Both the position numbers and the translations under genes were made by a program. Below are positions 11,195-23,557 of a stretch of DNA of 64,000 nucleotides, piece by piece. The stretch comes from Negaprion brevirostris (Eukaryota): positions 119,839,174 to 119,903,173 of the forward strand of contig JARDVH010000059.1 in the NCBI GenBank assembly GCA_030324005.1. Reading direction: 5' to 3'. The first letter of the stretch is position 1. Each line of letters begins with the position of its first letter. The notes under the pieces are model-generated. The model worked only from the letters and a program-made list of their open reading frames with translations. It had not been told where the DNA came from and ran no database searches.

Positions 11195-12481
11195 NNNNNN
11201 NNNNNNNNNNNNNNNNNNNNNNNNNNNNNNNNNNNNNNNNNNNNNNNNNNNNNNNNNNNNNNNNNNNNNNNNNNNNNNNNNNNNNNNNNNNNNNNNNNNN
11301 NNNNNNNNNNNNNNNNNNNNNNNNNNNNNNNNNNNNNNNNNNNNNNNNNNNNNNNNNNNTGATGGGTGATTGTGGAGTGGTGGTGTGGGGGTTTGATATT
11401 AAGAGTGAAAATGAACACACTTTGTGTTATTTTAACATCTAAAACCAGGGGAAATGGAAACCATTGTTGGCCACAATTCACCTCCATGGAAGTAATCAGC
11501 AGAGATGTAAAACAAATTGCCAATTCTTATCACCCATTTTAAACAAACATGAAAGGTCAAAATCTAGCCCATGTTCTCTGGATTATTGGGATAATCACTA
11601 CAATATCACATCATGCTATTGGAAATTAATTAAGACAGTGTCAACTGAAACCCCAGGAGCTAAAAACTATGTAGCAATAAAAAAAAACAATATCATATTT
11701 TCCAATTTCATTTGTTTGAATTTCACCTAAAGCAATAAAATGTTCATTCACCATTACATATTCACTGTAACAACACGTTGTGTAAGTGGAAAGTAAATAT
11801 GAGTCAAAAAGCATTATTGCAAACTCTTACGGACCAGTTAATTTAATCCTTGTTATCCAGATTTGAGTTTCTCTTCTGACATTAATGGATCAAAGAGGCA
11901 AAGCTGTGTTAACAAGAGGTTTTTAATAATAGCTTGTTGTAAGAAACTCCACATATTGCGACAAATTGAAATTACTGAAGCTCTGTTGGGAATCCGCAAA
12001 GCAAAAAAAAAATGCCACAACGTAAGTAGATCATTATTTCCATCACATTGGCAATACTTTCGCAGAAAGCAAAATCTGTAACTTTTTATTTGAATGCAGA
12101 AAATCGATCCCGCAGGTTGTGTGGGGTAGAGTGGCTTTGGGCACAGTTGTTGATTCCACAAATTCTGTGCCCATTTTGAAAAATAATTTTTGCTCATAGG
12201 TTTTGCTGAAGTAATTTGCATATTTCAAACTGTGCCACGCACTTGTTAGCGCGAGTGGGCAAAACGACCACTACGGACTCAGGGTGAAGTTCAATAACGG
12301 CACAGCTTTATTTTCTTTTANNNNNNNNNNNNNNNNNNNNNNNNNNNNNNNNNNNNNNNNNNNNNNNNNNNNNNNNNNNNNNNNNNNNNNNNNNNNNNNN
12401 NNNNNNNNNNNNNNNNNNNNNNNNNNNNNNNNNNNNNNNNNNNNNNNNNNNNNNNNNNNNNNNNNNNNNNNNNNNNNNNNN

Positions 12482-12565
12482 ATTCCCTGCCTTTTGCCTG
12501 CCACCCTTCTTAAACAACAGCGTAACATTAGCTGTTTTCCAATCTTCCGGCACTCCCCCGATTGC
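12482..12565 (-). mobile_element. CR1 RT fragment
   Basis: GGVPEDWKTANVTLLFKKGGRQKAGN is the hallmark CR1 RT N-terminal motif. Confidence 0.9.
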
Positions 12566-14479
12566 CATGGCCGATAGGGGAACTCCACAGAAGACGATCT
12601 GAAACGTATTTGCATCCCATTAATCCTGTCAATTGGCCAGCCAGGATGAGATTGCGCTCCAGGGCCAGCCACACCTGGGAACACATTTCGCAGCCACTTC
12701 CCAGCCTGTCGAGAAAATTTCAAGCCTCAGATTTCAGGTTTTGATTTTGTTTTGAGAATGGTGAAGTAACAGTAAGTTATTAGTTTTGGTGTAAGCTGTG
12801 GTGAGCAAGAGATTCTTCATAAGCTGAGTCACCAGTAATTTGCACGATTTTGCTGTTGGTTCATTCCATCTCTGTGTGTTTCAAGAAAAAGTTGCATTTG
12901 TGCACTAAATGGAAATTAAATTCACGACACAAAGTTATGACTAGTATCAAATTGTGTAAATATCTTTTAGTAACAAGATGAATGTGAAGTACCACTGAAA
13001 CCTCTCCAGCCCAAAAAGAGTACGATTGAAACCATGGAGTTTCATGACTACAGGCAGTAAAAGATTCTTACTTTTTTTAAATGTAATACTTAAAATGTTT
13101 AATATATCCTTACTTTTCCTCTCTGCCTCTTTTTCTCACTCTTAATTCAATATTTCTTCCCCTCTCTTTTCCTCTTCTGTAACTGATGAAGTACTCTTTC
13201 TTTCTCCATCACTCCACTATTTATGTCTCAAACATTAAGTCTCATTGATTAAAGAATTGCCATGATCTGCAGTTGCCTTTTCTCGGTTCAGACTCCCAGC
13301 TGAAAGGTGAGGAGAAACATCTTCCCGCTCGAACTCCAGCCATAGATTAACTGGGTTCACAGAGCTGAACCCAGTGTGTGTCCTGAGCATCATGAGCACG
13401 ATGTCAGGAAGCAACCAGAGAAAAAAAGAGTTGAGGCTACAGCTCTTGGCACTTAAAACTTCTATTATTATTGATATGATCACTGTATTTTGTCACTCAT
13501 TGCTTTTAATTTTATTGACTGTCTTGGCTGTCATGGCGAATGTGCATGGGCCATTCTGTGGAGCAGGAATAAGCAGATGGAAGGTATGGAAAGATCAAGC
13601 CACGTGTACGTTTCAGAAGTTGACTGTGAGCCGCAGTGGTGGACAGAAATAAATGGAACCCTGTCACTCGCTGAAAATTGATCTCCATCTACCTCTGCTA
13701 CCTCATTAGCATGTCAGTAGAATTTGGTTACGGTAAAGTTACAGATTGTAATCTTCTAACTACAATGAGGTGATTTAAATTTCTGTCTGGAGCTGTGCGA
13801 CAAAAGGGCAGGAGTCTAAAAATGTAAGTTTATGGCTCAATAAATGAAATTGCATGTGTGTCTGGATAAATCTGTTTTCTTTTCAATCCTTCTTTTGGGC
13901 TTTGATTGGAGTCATACTGACAGACACCTTTGCTGTTTTAAATAGACTGCCTTCCACGTTCCCTTTCTTTGGTTATTGTCAAAGATGATGAAAGAAATGA
14001 TGAAACCTACGCCTCACACAATAAATCCCGGATTGTTCCATATTGCATATGTTAAAATTAGATTTCACATTCACTTGATATTCTAATATATTATTTTTAC
14101 ACGTTGTGCTTTGAAAGACTCTTTCTGTTCTACCGCTGAAACTATTGTATGCTGAGAGCTGCAAATTGTAGTCCAACTGAACAATTATTTCACGCAAATG
14201 TTTGGGTCTTATTTCTCACTTGTGCTCGTTTTTGGTAAGTGGATGTGCAAGGTTCTTGGTTGTGCCGTAATTAACAACTCAGCAATAGATATTGGGGCTT
14301 TAAATGTAAAAAAAAAGGTGGCAGATAACTCACTTCTGCATGATGGTAGCGTGGCATATTTTTGCATTTTGCTGAGCCTTGCTGCATCCTGTTCGCACAT
14401 CTCACTGGTGGCATCCCTTTAAATTTGACTTTGCTGACATCAGATATGAAACAATTTTCCTTCCTGGCTTCCATGTTGG

Positions 14480-14775
14480 AATTAGATATTAAATGGGTTG
14501 TACTTTTCACCTCCCTTTTGAAGGAGGCATCATCACCCACTCCAACAATCTTCTTTTAACCCATCTGTTGTGAACTGTTGCTCAATCTTCCTGACCCCTT
14601 CAGGGTTCTTGAACATCTTACTGCCTCCCAGATCAATCTCCTACAACTCACTGTTGAATTCTTCCAATTAAATTGCTGTCTTCCCATCGTACCAAAAATC
14701 CCTAACCTTTCCTTTTCTGACTGTAATCTTGGACATTATACCTTCTCATGTTCCTCGACCTCTTTGGTTCCCCAC
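14480..14775 (+). mobile_element. Highly decayed L2-type RT fragment
   Basis: RVLEHLTASQI...and later 'ctcatgttcctcgacctct' (LMFLDL), resembling the L2 RT KVLE..VASQ..LLDLS region. Confidence 0.5.
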
Positions 14776-14950
14776 GTCATCAATCCCTCTCCTTGTCAGT
14801 GGATCTACCATCTATTCATAGCTATGTGTTATTTGTCAATGTGACTTGAGCAATAGCTACTGTTGCAGCAAGTTTAATTTAAAACAGCCCTGAATTCTCC
14901 GCCGCTCATAAACAGGTNNNNNNNNNNTATTTAATTTTCGATTTCCCCCG

Positions 14951-15706
14951 TTGTAGGTGGTGGCGTATGTGCCTCCAGTATGGAGTGATCCAATCCTCTC
15001 TTAATAAGCCCACAGCAAACTCATGATGGAGTAAAATCAGAGGGTTAGTTTATTTCACACACACACAAAAGTGGTATGGGGGCTCACAATGTAGCCCCTG
15101 GTACATTCATACAATAAAAGAGGGATAAAGGAAAGAACCAGACAGAGGGTAAAAGACATCAGACAAAGTAAGAATTATTGCTTACATGATGCCAAAACCA
15201 AAAGTCCAATGGTGTATTCCTAAACAGACTGGAGCTGGCGTGGAGTAATCAAGTTTTCCAGTAACACTGACTCTCATGCTGAGAGAAGTACATGGAGCTG
15301 AATTAATCTTGTAGGAGACACTTGTACAGAAGTTCAAATGCTCTATCCCGAACAGACTAGGTGAGGGCCAGGCAATTTAAAACTGGACAGAGCTCTTTGT
15401 TGCTGCTGTTTTGTTGATAACAGATGGCAGACTGTGTTTGGTCAACTCCACAAGGCAATATTATGCGGTGCATGGAGGGCATTGTGAGGGACGGGGCGTT
15501 TGTCATGTGCCATAACTCCCACTTCTTCCCTTTGATTTGGACAAAGGACATTTACTCATGGCCTGGATTCCTGAGATACTTCATGTTGCATTCATTAATA
15601 AGTTTCATGGGTTTCAAGGCCAATATGTCCTCGCAGATGCATTGTCTTTTTGATATGGCACCTGAACACAATGGCAGATGGCCTCCCATACTGGCCTACC
15701 CTACCA
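14951..15706 (-). mobile_element. Probable solo LTR nested in a MITE-like element (about 14886-15811)
   Basis: Short inverted ends 'ttgtagg'/'cctacca' and a minus-strand AATAAA near 15050. The host has TIRs 'ccctgaattctcc' and 'gggagaattccaccc'. No clean TSD. Confidence 0.4.
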
Positions 15707-16544
15707 CTGAATATAGAGTAAAATATCTGGGTGCATAAACGTGCATAGCAGGAAACACTCCATGTTCCCACCCCTACTACGACCCACCCTCAAAATGGGA
15801 GAATTCCACCCAGCATTGATAAAGAAAAATAACTTTGGTCATAGTGCGATCAGGGGAAGGATCTGTCTATCTTTTTTTAATGTGAGTCTTTAAGGGTCCT
15901 TCTGTGCCACCAGTGTGAAGTCTATGACCAAGATCCCTACTCCCTAATATTTAAAGTGAAACATGCAATGAATATTCCAGCCGAGGAATTTTGTCCACCA
16001 ACTCGGTCCATCTCACTTGGACCCTGAAACTGAAGATGGCCAATTTAGGAAACATACAGACAAAAAACATGACAGACAGGAAAAGGCTTCATCGAGCCTG
16101 TCACACACACATCCCTTCCAATGCCATGTGATCTTCTTAGAGAGATGAGGGTGCAGATAAATATCCCAGACAAATTAGGCAATAAAGACTCTGGATAATT
16201 CCTCTCTGCTCCTTTTAGATAATTGAAACAAGTCTGGGAAATCACTCTGGACCTGATTAACATTGAAAAAAATAGCTGTCACTGTATGAAGTGAGAAAGT
16301 ACAGAACTCTTTGTACAACTTCTTCAGCCTTAGGTTAAATTATTCCAGTGCTTAACCAGGCATTTCCAATGTTAATAAATATTGCTGCCCGTTAAAGTGA
16401 CTTATTCTTCTCAATCATTGTATTTGGCTCAGAGACCTATTGTTTTCTGATCTCTTTTCCCCATTTGAAACCTACTTTATAGTTCTGTTTTGCAATAAGA
16501 CTGCCGTGCGTATGTAAAACCTCTTGATATTACTAAATTACTTT

Positions 16545-16890
16545 GAAGTGCATTAAATATCGTAGACGGGCAAATACAACAGTTATTCTGCAAATAACTT
16601 GCAAATGTTTCAAAAATAACATTGAGATAAATGGCCAATTAATAATCTATTTTTGTGGTGTTATTCGTTGAGGAAGATATATTGACCTTGACATCAGGCA
16701 AACTTCATGTTTAAATTCTATGGGGTCTTTAATTTCCAGTTACCAAATGACGGGCTTAAAATCTCAACCAAAGGACAGCAGTATTGCGCAAGTACTCTAT
16801 CGAGGTGTCAGCTAGATGAGGATCAAATGCTGGTATAGATTTGAAAATCACGTTCTAACCCAGAGGTGAGAATGCTTCTCACTGAGCCAC
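16545..16890 (-). mobile_element. Old SacSINE1/DeuSINE-type SINE, near full length
   Basis: Reverse complement gives the head 'gtggctcagtgagaagcattctcacctctgggttagaacgtg', the 'gctgacac..gtact..ctgtcctttggttgaga' core and the 'cacttcaaagta' tail. Confidence 0.7.
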
Positions 16891-18002
16891 ATTCACACAG
16901 TATATGGATGAATTGTTCTCCCAATTTTGGCACCTACAGCCAGTCAATCTTCAGCTGACAGTCACTTTTTTTTTAAGAGAAACATATTAACTGTTCAAAG
17001 TTTATACAAGTCAATGATATTACTATGGCCTCGAGCAAGCCTGTCACATGGAAGATATGTAACAGCAAATGGCAGAGATACGCGTTGTGGAGCCTGCTTA
17101 TGGGTGAGTAATTTATCATGTTTAATGTTCCCCACATTTGAGTAAGATGTTCTACAAGGTAGATTTGTTAAACTGTTGACAGATTTATGGGGACTATCTT
17201 GTAGTTCTATTATTTGCATAATAAATCTGGTCAGGGACATGTGGATTTTCAAGAAAGGTGACAAAGCAGTTTCAAATACTGCATAATGTGCACAATTGTC
17301 TCCATTGTAGCACCTTCACAAATGTGAAATGTAACACAGTTCAAAAAACCAGCTGTTTGACTACTGTAACTATCTCTGCGTGAAACTAACAAAAACAATG
17401 CATTTACTTATCACACAACATGAGACTGACTTCTCTCTTCCCGTTATCGTACACAAGAAGTGAGATCCAGGTACATTCACAGGAAAGTGCCCTGCATGTG
17501 TTAATACAACAGCTCTGGGTAATTCTGCTTAACTCAACCTTTCCTGAAGTCTACCATCCATTTCTTTGACTTTTTTATGACCTTATTCACTCATTATTTT
17601 TTTCAGTCACTACATTCAATCGAACTATGTTGAGGTTATGATTTTTCAAATCTTCTCTTCCTCTCACATCAGTTAGTTCCCATCTCATTACTTTAATTAA
17701 GTCAAATACGAGTTCATTCCTTGTGAAATTTAAAGCATACCCACTTAGGAAACTGCCCTGATTGCATTTAAAATGTTCCCCACTTTATCAACAGATACCT
17801 TATCTCAGAATAGTTAAAGGTCATCAAATATNNNNNNNNNNNNNNNNNNNNNNNNNNNNNNNNNNNNNNNNNNNNNNNNNNNNNNNNNNNNNNNNNNNNN
17901 NNNNNNNNNNNNNNNNNNNNNNNNNNNNNNNNNNNNNNNNNNNNNNNNNNNNNNNNNNNNNNNNNNNNNNNNNNNNNNNNNNNNNNNNNNNNNNNNNNNN
18001 NN

Positions 18003-18122
18003 AACAATCTTTGGACTGCGGGAGGAAACCGGAGCACCTAGAGGAAACCCACACAGACACGGGGAGAACATGCAAACTCTGCACAGACAGAGACCCCCAA
18101 GCCAGGAATTGAACCTGATTCC
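18003..18122 (-). mobile_element. HE1 V-SINE (remainder in N-gap)
   Basis: Reversed V-domain 'tttggactgcgggaggaaaccggagcacc...tgcaaactctgcacagacag'. Confidence 0.88.
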
Positions 18123-19229
18123 CAAAGTAGGTTCTCCTCAGTGCAAACTGCATTTTGCCCCTCTCGTGATATTCTCCAGCCATAACGCGCTTTGTGGCTG
18201 GATGCGAGGGCTGGAGAATCACTCCAATTATGTTCCTTTACCTGTCCAAGATTAGTCTGCAACTATAGTATCGCAACTATTTCATGATCTTCACAATTTA
18301 AAGATTTTCACAGTTTCAATTCGATTTTGCATTTTTTTCTGAATTCATATCTGTATCACTCAACCCTGACTCCGTTTTGAACTGTTGGTCTTCTTTCCCC
18401 TGGCTTTCTCCTTTAATTGTATGATCGCTTTGCCCCTTCTGCATGCTGTTTGTGCCTCTGTTGATAATCTTTTCTCCATATTTATTTCAGGGAACTTTTC
18501 TACTTCAATAATTTCATGAATCCTGTTCTACTTGTCTCGTCACAAACCTGTACTCTCCCTGACATGACTTTATTAATTTATTGGCTACTGCTCAATTTAT
18601 CATCATTAGCAGGTTGTTATGGGCTAATTCCACTGACTGGCTTGTATAAATGATGCTTGGGAGTTTGGGCTCTGAGCTCATGTCAACGAGGTTTGGTGAA
18701 TTTGATACACTCTCTGCCAATCTCATACTGGCCATACACCCAGAGTTAAAATTCCCAACAGCTATTGGATAGTTCCAATTTCAGTTAATTCTTCCCCTGA
18801 TCCTTCTTGATTGTGATGTTGAATAAAATCACCCTCCTGCTCTCTTACCTTGCACTATGTCCCAAGCACTACATGAATAACTAAAATAAAAAAAAAATTG
18901 CACAGATGAAAAGTGTTGATAAGTTGCCCCTATATGTTAAAGGAGCGCCTGCATTTTTGTGGGATACTTGGAACATTCCTTGTGCAGTCTGACACATGGG
19001 CCCTCCCTTTCATTTTTCCAACTATGTTGGAATCATTCCTACTCTCACCTTGGATTTGAAGGTTTCACCAATTTTGCCTCGAGTTTCCAATCTTCTCTCA
19101 TCTTCATGTGATCCATCGCCGACACTCCCTTCCCTTCCTCAATCTCTGCCTCAATTTCTGGGGACAGGTTATCAAAAAACTTTCACCATGTGCCTACTGC
19201 CTCCCAAAACTGTCTTGATCACCTGCTTT

Positions 19230-19892
19230 GTAAGCACCTCCATTCTCCCTGTTTCTCAGTCTTTGTCACATTGTTCTGATGATGTAACCTTTCCTCCCAG
19301 TGTTTCAGGAATTGTTTTTGCTCGACCAAAGATTCCCCATCATCATGGTTGGCAGGACACTCGATTCCAATCAACCTACTCTTGCTCTTATCCTCTTACA
19401 TCATCCCTGCCCTCCCTGGACCATGATAGGGTTTCTCTTGACCTCACCTTCCATTTCCACGAGCCTCTCTATTCAATAAATCATCCTCTGTCATCTTTGT
19501 TACTTCCAGCATGGTGCCACTATCTTCCCCTTCCCTCTGAGTATTCTTAAGAGGCCATCCACCTGTGACACCCTGGTCAGCTCCTCAATGACCCCGGCAC
19601 ACATCCATCCACTGTCGACGTAAATCCAAAAATCTATGGCACGAGATTGTTCTAATGCAAGCCCAGGAGAGACAATAACCTTTACCTTTAACCTCCTATC
19701 CATGACCTCAAACACTCCTCTAGGTGAAACAACCTTTTATTTGTGCATCTTTAAATCTGGAAGATTGCATTCTCTGCTCACAATATAGAGAGCTCTACAC
19801 TGGAGAGACAACTTTTTAAAAAACTTTTGCAAGTTCTGATATAAGGTCATCAACCTGAAATGTGAATTTGTTTCTCCCTCCACAGATGCGGT
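19230..19892 (+). mobile_element. Penelope-like element (second family), decayed RT end, GIY-YIG and 3' terminus
   Basis: 'HDRVSLDLTFH', 'ctctacactggagagaca' (LYTGET, the YIG half), and the terminal 'ctgatataaggtcatcaacctgaaa...ctccacagatgc'. Confidence 0.75.
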
Positions 19893-20354
19893 GCATTTAG
19901 TGTTTGTGCAACTCATTACATGTGTATTGTAACCAACATATTATCAATTCCTACCTCATAGCTGTTTACAGCTCAGGCACCAAATGTGGCAGTGTAATCA
20001 GTGCTTATTGATGAATAGTGAAATTCAAATAAATTCAAACTTCAATGCTTATGTACCCATCGTGTGCATAAGTGTTGAAGTTATTTCCACTTAGTCTAAA
20101 CTCCAAACTCATCGAGCCTCCCCCATTTTATTTCATTACCCTCTCATAACTCGAGAAGAAGGTAATTGAATATCCATGGCTGACTTATACTGAAATTGGG
20201 AATCGAGCATTAAGACAGGAAGCCAAGAGATGAACGATGTGACGGGCCCCTTTGACATTTAAATTAGATCACCACTTTTATGGAAATGGGGCACCAGAAA
20301 AACCACGTGGAAAAGCACAATGGGAATATGATAGAAAACCCTCACCGACATAAT

Positions 20355-21300
20355 GGGGGTGAGATTCTCTGAATTTACCGCACCTTTCGGAGATCGCACC
20401 AGTCCGAGAGAATAGCCAATATGCGAGCCTATAAATCCATTGTATGCCCCGCGCCAAACAATTTGTATGTCTCCGGACCCCTTCCTAATGGCACCAACTA
20501 GATCGTACCCTGAAAGGACATGAGTCTGTTTAGCTTATTTAAAGTAACATTTAAATATGCATTGCCCATTCAAATCCCAGCACACAGAACTTACCGGCCT
20601 TGGGCGTGATGNNNNNNNNNNNNNNNNNNNNNNNNNNNNNNNNNNNNNNNNNNNNNNNNNNNNNNNNNNNNNNNNNNNNNNNNNNNNNNNNNNNNNNNNN
20701 NNNNNNNNNNNACACAGAACTTACAGGCCTTGGGCGTGATGGGACAATGAAGTGCATAGCAACCTCCATTCGTGGAGACCTGGCACACTTGTCGTGCCAG
20801 GGGACTCTGAGGCCACTGAAGCTTCCAGGTGGTCGGGGGCATGGCTGGGTGGGTGCCCACCTGGCACACTAGTAATGCCCAACTGGCATAGCAGGGGTGC
20901 ATGGCAGTGGACACCAGACAGCCAGGTAGTGCCAGTTAGGTACCTCCTGTGCAAGGGGCAGTGCCAAGGGGGTGAGGCCTGAGTGGGGGCCATGATGGGG
21001 GTGGGCAATGTAAGAGCTGGGGGGAGGTTCTGATGGAATGGGTTTGGGAGTGGGGTGGGGTGCAGGGGTGCATTGTGAAGGTGGTCTTGATGTTGGTGGT
21101 CAGGCAGGGGACGCCATTGGGCAAGCTCCAATGCCCTGATTTCTGCTGACCTGTGTCAAGGGGTGTGTGTGTGTGTGTGTGTGTGTGGGGTGGAGGGTGG
21201 AGTCATCAAGGGGAAGCACACCATCCACTGTCCCCCCTCCCCTCAGTACCAGGACAAAACCCCAAACTCTCCAGAAAGTGACTGATTTTGGGAGGATTGT
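20355..21300. mobile_element. GC-rich non-autonomous Harbinger-like element
   Basis: Begins 'ggggtgagattctct'; internal 'ggcagtgccaaggggg' blocks are shared with 7860-8570 and 31434-32458. Confidence 0.55.
21163..21187. repeat. (GT)n microsatellite
   Basis: Direct reading. Confidence 0.95.
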
Positions 21301-21361
21301 GATGTGGAGCATGCTTGATAGACTGGTGTGGATCACTCCATTATTCTTGATGTCATGACAC

Positions 21362-21673
21362 TTCGAAACTTCTAGTTTATTTATTGGTGTCACAGGTAGA
21401 CTAACATTAATCAAGTTGCTGTGATTGCGAAAATCCCCTAGTTGCCACACCATGGTGCCCGTTCGGGTACACTGAGGGAGAATTTAGCACAGACAATGCA
21501 CCTAACCAGCCTGTTTTTCAGACTGTGGGAGGGAACAGGAGCACCCGGAGGGAACAGAAAGTAAACACAGGGAGAATGTGTAGACTCCACACAGTGACCC
21601 AAGCTGGGAACTGAACCCGAGTCCCTGGTGCTGTGAGGCAACGGTGCTAATGACTGTGCCACTGCGCTGACCC
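21362..21673 (-). mobile_element. V-SINE with alternative (non-HE1) 3' tail
   Basis: HE1-like head and V-domain, but the tail is 'ctaaattctccctcagtgtacccgaac...ctaggggatttt...ctacctgtgacaccaataaataaact'. Confidence 0.88.
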
Positions 21674-22891
21674 TTTTAGGGGGAATTCTGCCCCATCTAT
21701 CCTTGTCCCCATCCTTACTCCTGGAAGGAGCACAAGGATAAACTTGGACCTCAAATTTCTATAATGATTCATGTTGCTCATCAATGCCATCATAATTGAC
21801 ACCCATTTTCTCAAAGCGAATATTCTATATTTAAATAAAATACGTGCATATGCAGTGTGAAGACATTTAATTCTATTGGACAATAAAAGAGCATGCATTT
21901 GTGCAGCACTTTTTTGAACCTCTGGGTGATGGTACAACGTTAGAATGAAGGAAGAAGTGAAGCAAATTTTTGTGTCGCCCAGAGACAAGAGTGTGATGGG
22001 CTTTGGGACAACTGGCAAACTGTGAAGGAAAGTCCCACAGTTCCGAATGGGAATATATACACAGAACCTGAATGCTTGCGGTTTGACTTAGTTTTACCCA
22101 TGGGATATACAGATGAACAAAGTCCCTACATCTAGTCATAAATATCTTTAAAGTTGTTTACCAACTTAGACGTACAGAAGCTTTTTTTCTCTCCTTACGG
22201 TATCACCAGAGCCCTTTGCAAGTAGAGGTATAGATGTTGACAGGCTAGATGTGAAATTAATATAACTCATATAACTCGTCTGTCAAAGTGGAGGCTTCTG
22301 CCAGTGACGGATCTCTGAGTTTGCTGAGAAGTCGAGCTCTCCTTAGTAAAATCACATTTCTTTCTCTTCCATCTTCTGATGGACTATTTGTGTAGACTCT
22401 CAACATAATAAGATACAGTGAAGATTGGGAGTTTTTTTAAACTGCAACGAGTCTGTTAAAAGAACAATTTTTTGGCAATCAGTGTCATCCAACAGAGGTT
22501 TGGTGCGGCATTCTTCCCTTTCCTTCTCATCATTTGATGTGAGTTGAATTGTGCCCTTGTGTTTGAATTGAACATCTTGCTCCAAGCCTCTTGGTGATTA
22601 GTATTGCAGAACAGAAAGTCTTTTTTTTTTCCCCACAGCTTCAAAATATTGGAAATATATAAAAGGTACAACAGCTTTACACAGCATTTAATTTCCCCAA
22701 GAGTGATCTTTGATCACACTTAGCTATACCTTTCTGAACACTTGTACTGTATCCATTTTGTTATAGTTAATTCAAATCTGCTCAAACTAGAATAAAAATT
22801 TCTGATGATTTTTATGCTGTTTTAGTTCAAACTTTTGGTTTCTGGGTGATACTTAGGCTGACAAACATTTAACTTGTAACTTGTTTGTAGT

Positions 22892-23235
22892 TCATGGAAT
22901 CCCGACAGTGCAGAAGGAAGCCATTCAGCTCATTGAACCTGCACCAACAATAATTTCGCCCAGACCCTCATGTACTTCTTAGATCTTGAAGCACTCCCAG
23001 ACAATAGTTAATTTGGAAGTGCAGTGAATGTTTTTATATGTGGCATTTTGACATGGCTGATCCACCTAACCCACACATTTTGGACTGTGGAAGGAAACTG
23101 GAACACCCGGAGGAAACCCACGCAGACATGGGGAAAATGTGCAAACTCCACACAGACTGTGGCCCAAGGTGGGAATTGAACCCAGATCCTGGCACTGTGA
23201 GGCAGCGGTGCTAACCACTATGCGATCATGCCATG
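22892..23235 (-). mobile_element. HE1 V-SINE with foreign internal segment (about 22972-23045)
   Basis: HE1 tail and V-domain/head flank a DeuSINE-tail-like stretch. Confidence 0.85.
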
Positions 23236-23557
23236 TTGAGTTGTGACAGGGAGAAGACTGTGACCCTCAGAACCAAATCAGTGGGCTAATATATGCGTAA
23301 CAGGTGCATAAATTTCAACATTAGTTTGATGTTTTTAGAAAAAAATGAAAATATATCATTTTCTTCACTCAGGATTCTCTAGCATTCCACATATTACTGT
23401 AGATATAAAGATGACGTTACTTGTGCTACAAGATATTGTACAATGCCATATTTTGAGTGATAACCTTGGTTATGCTGTGACCAGGCTGGAAAGTGTGCAC
23501 AGTCTGTTTAGCTCCGGGTTGGACCATTATTTTAAAAGTTTAAACCACTCACCTGAA

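Noticed and set aside
18996-19550. 184-aa ORF
   Set aside because: Pyrimidine-rich read-through of decayed L2 and Penelope sequence, largely out of the original frame.
21930-22600. Several 40-65 codon open frames on both strands with protein-like composition
   Set aside because: No consistent strand, splice pairing or recognisable homology.
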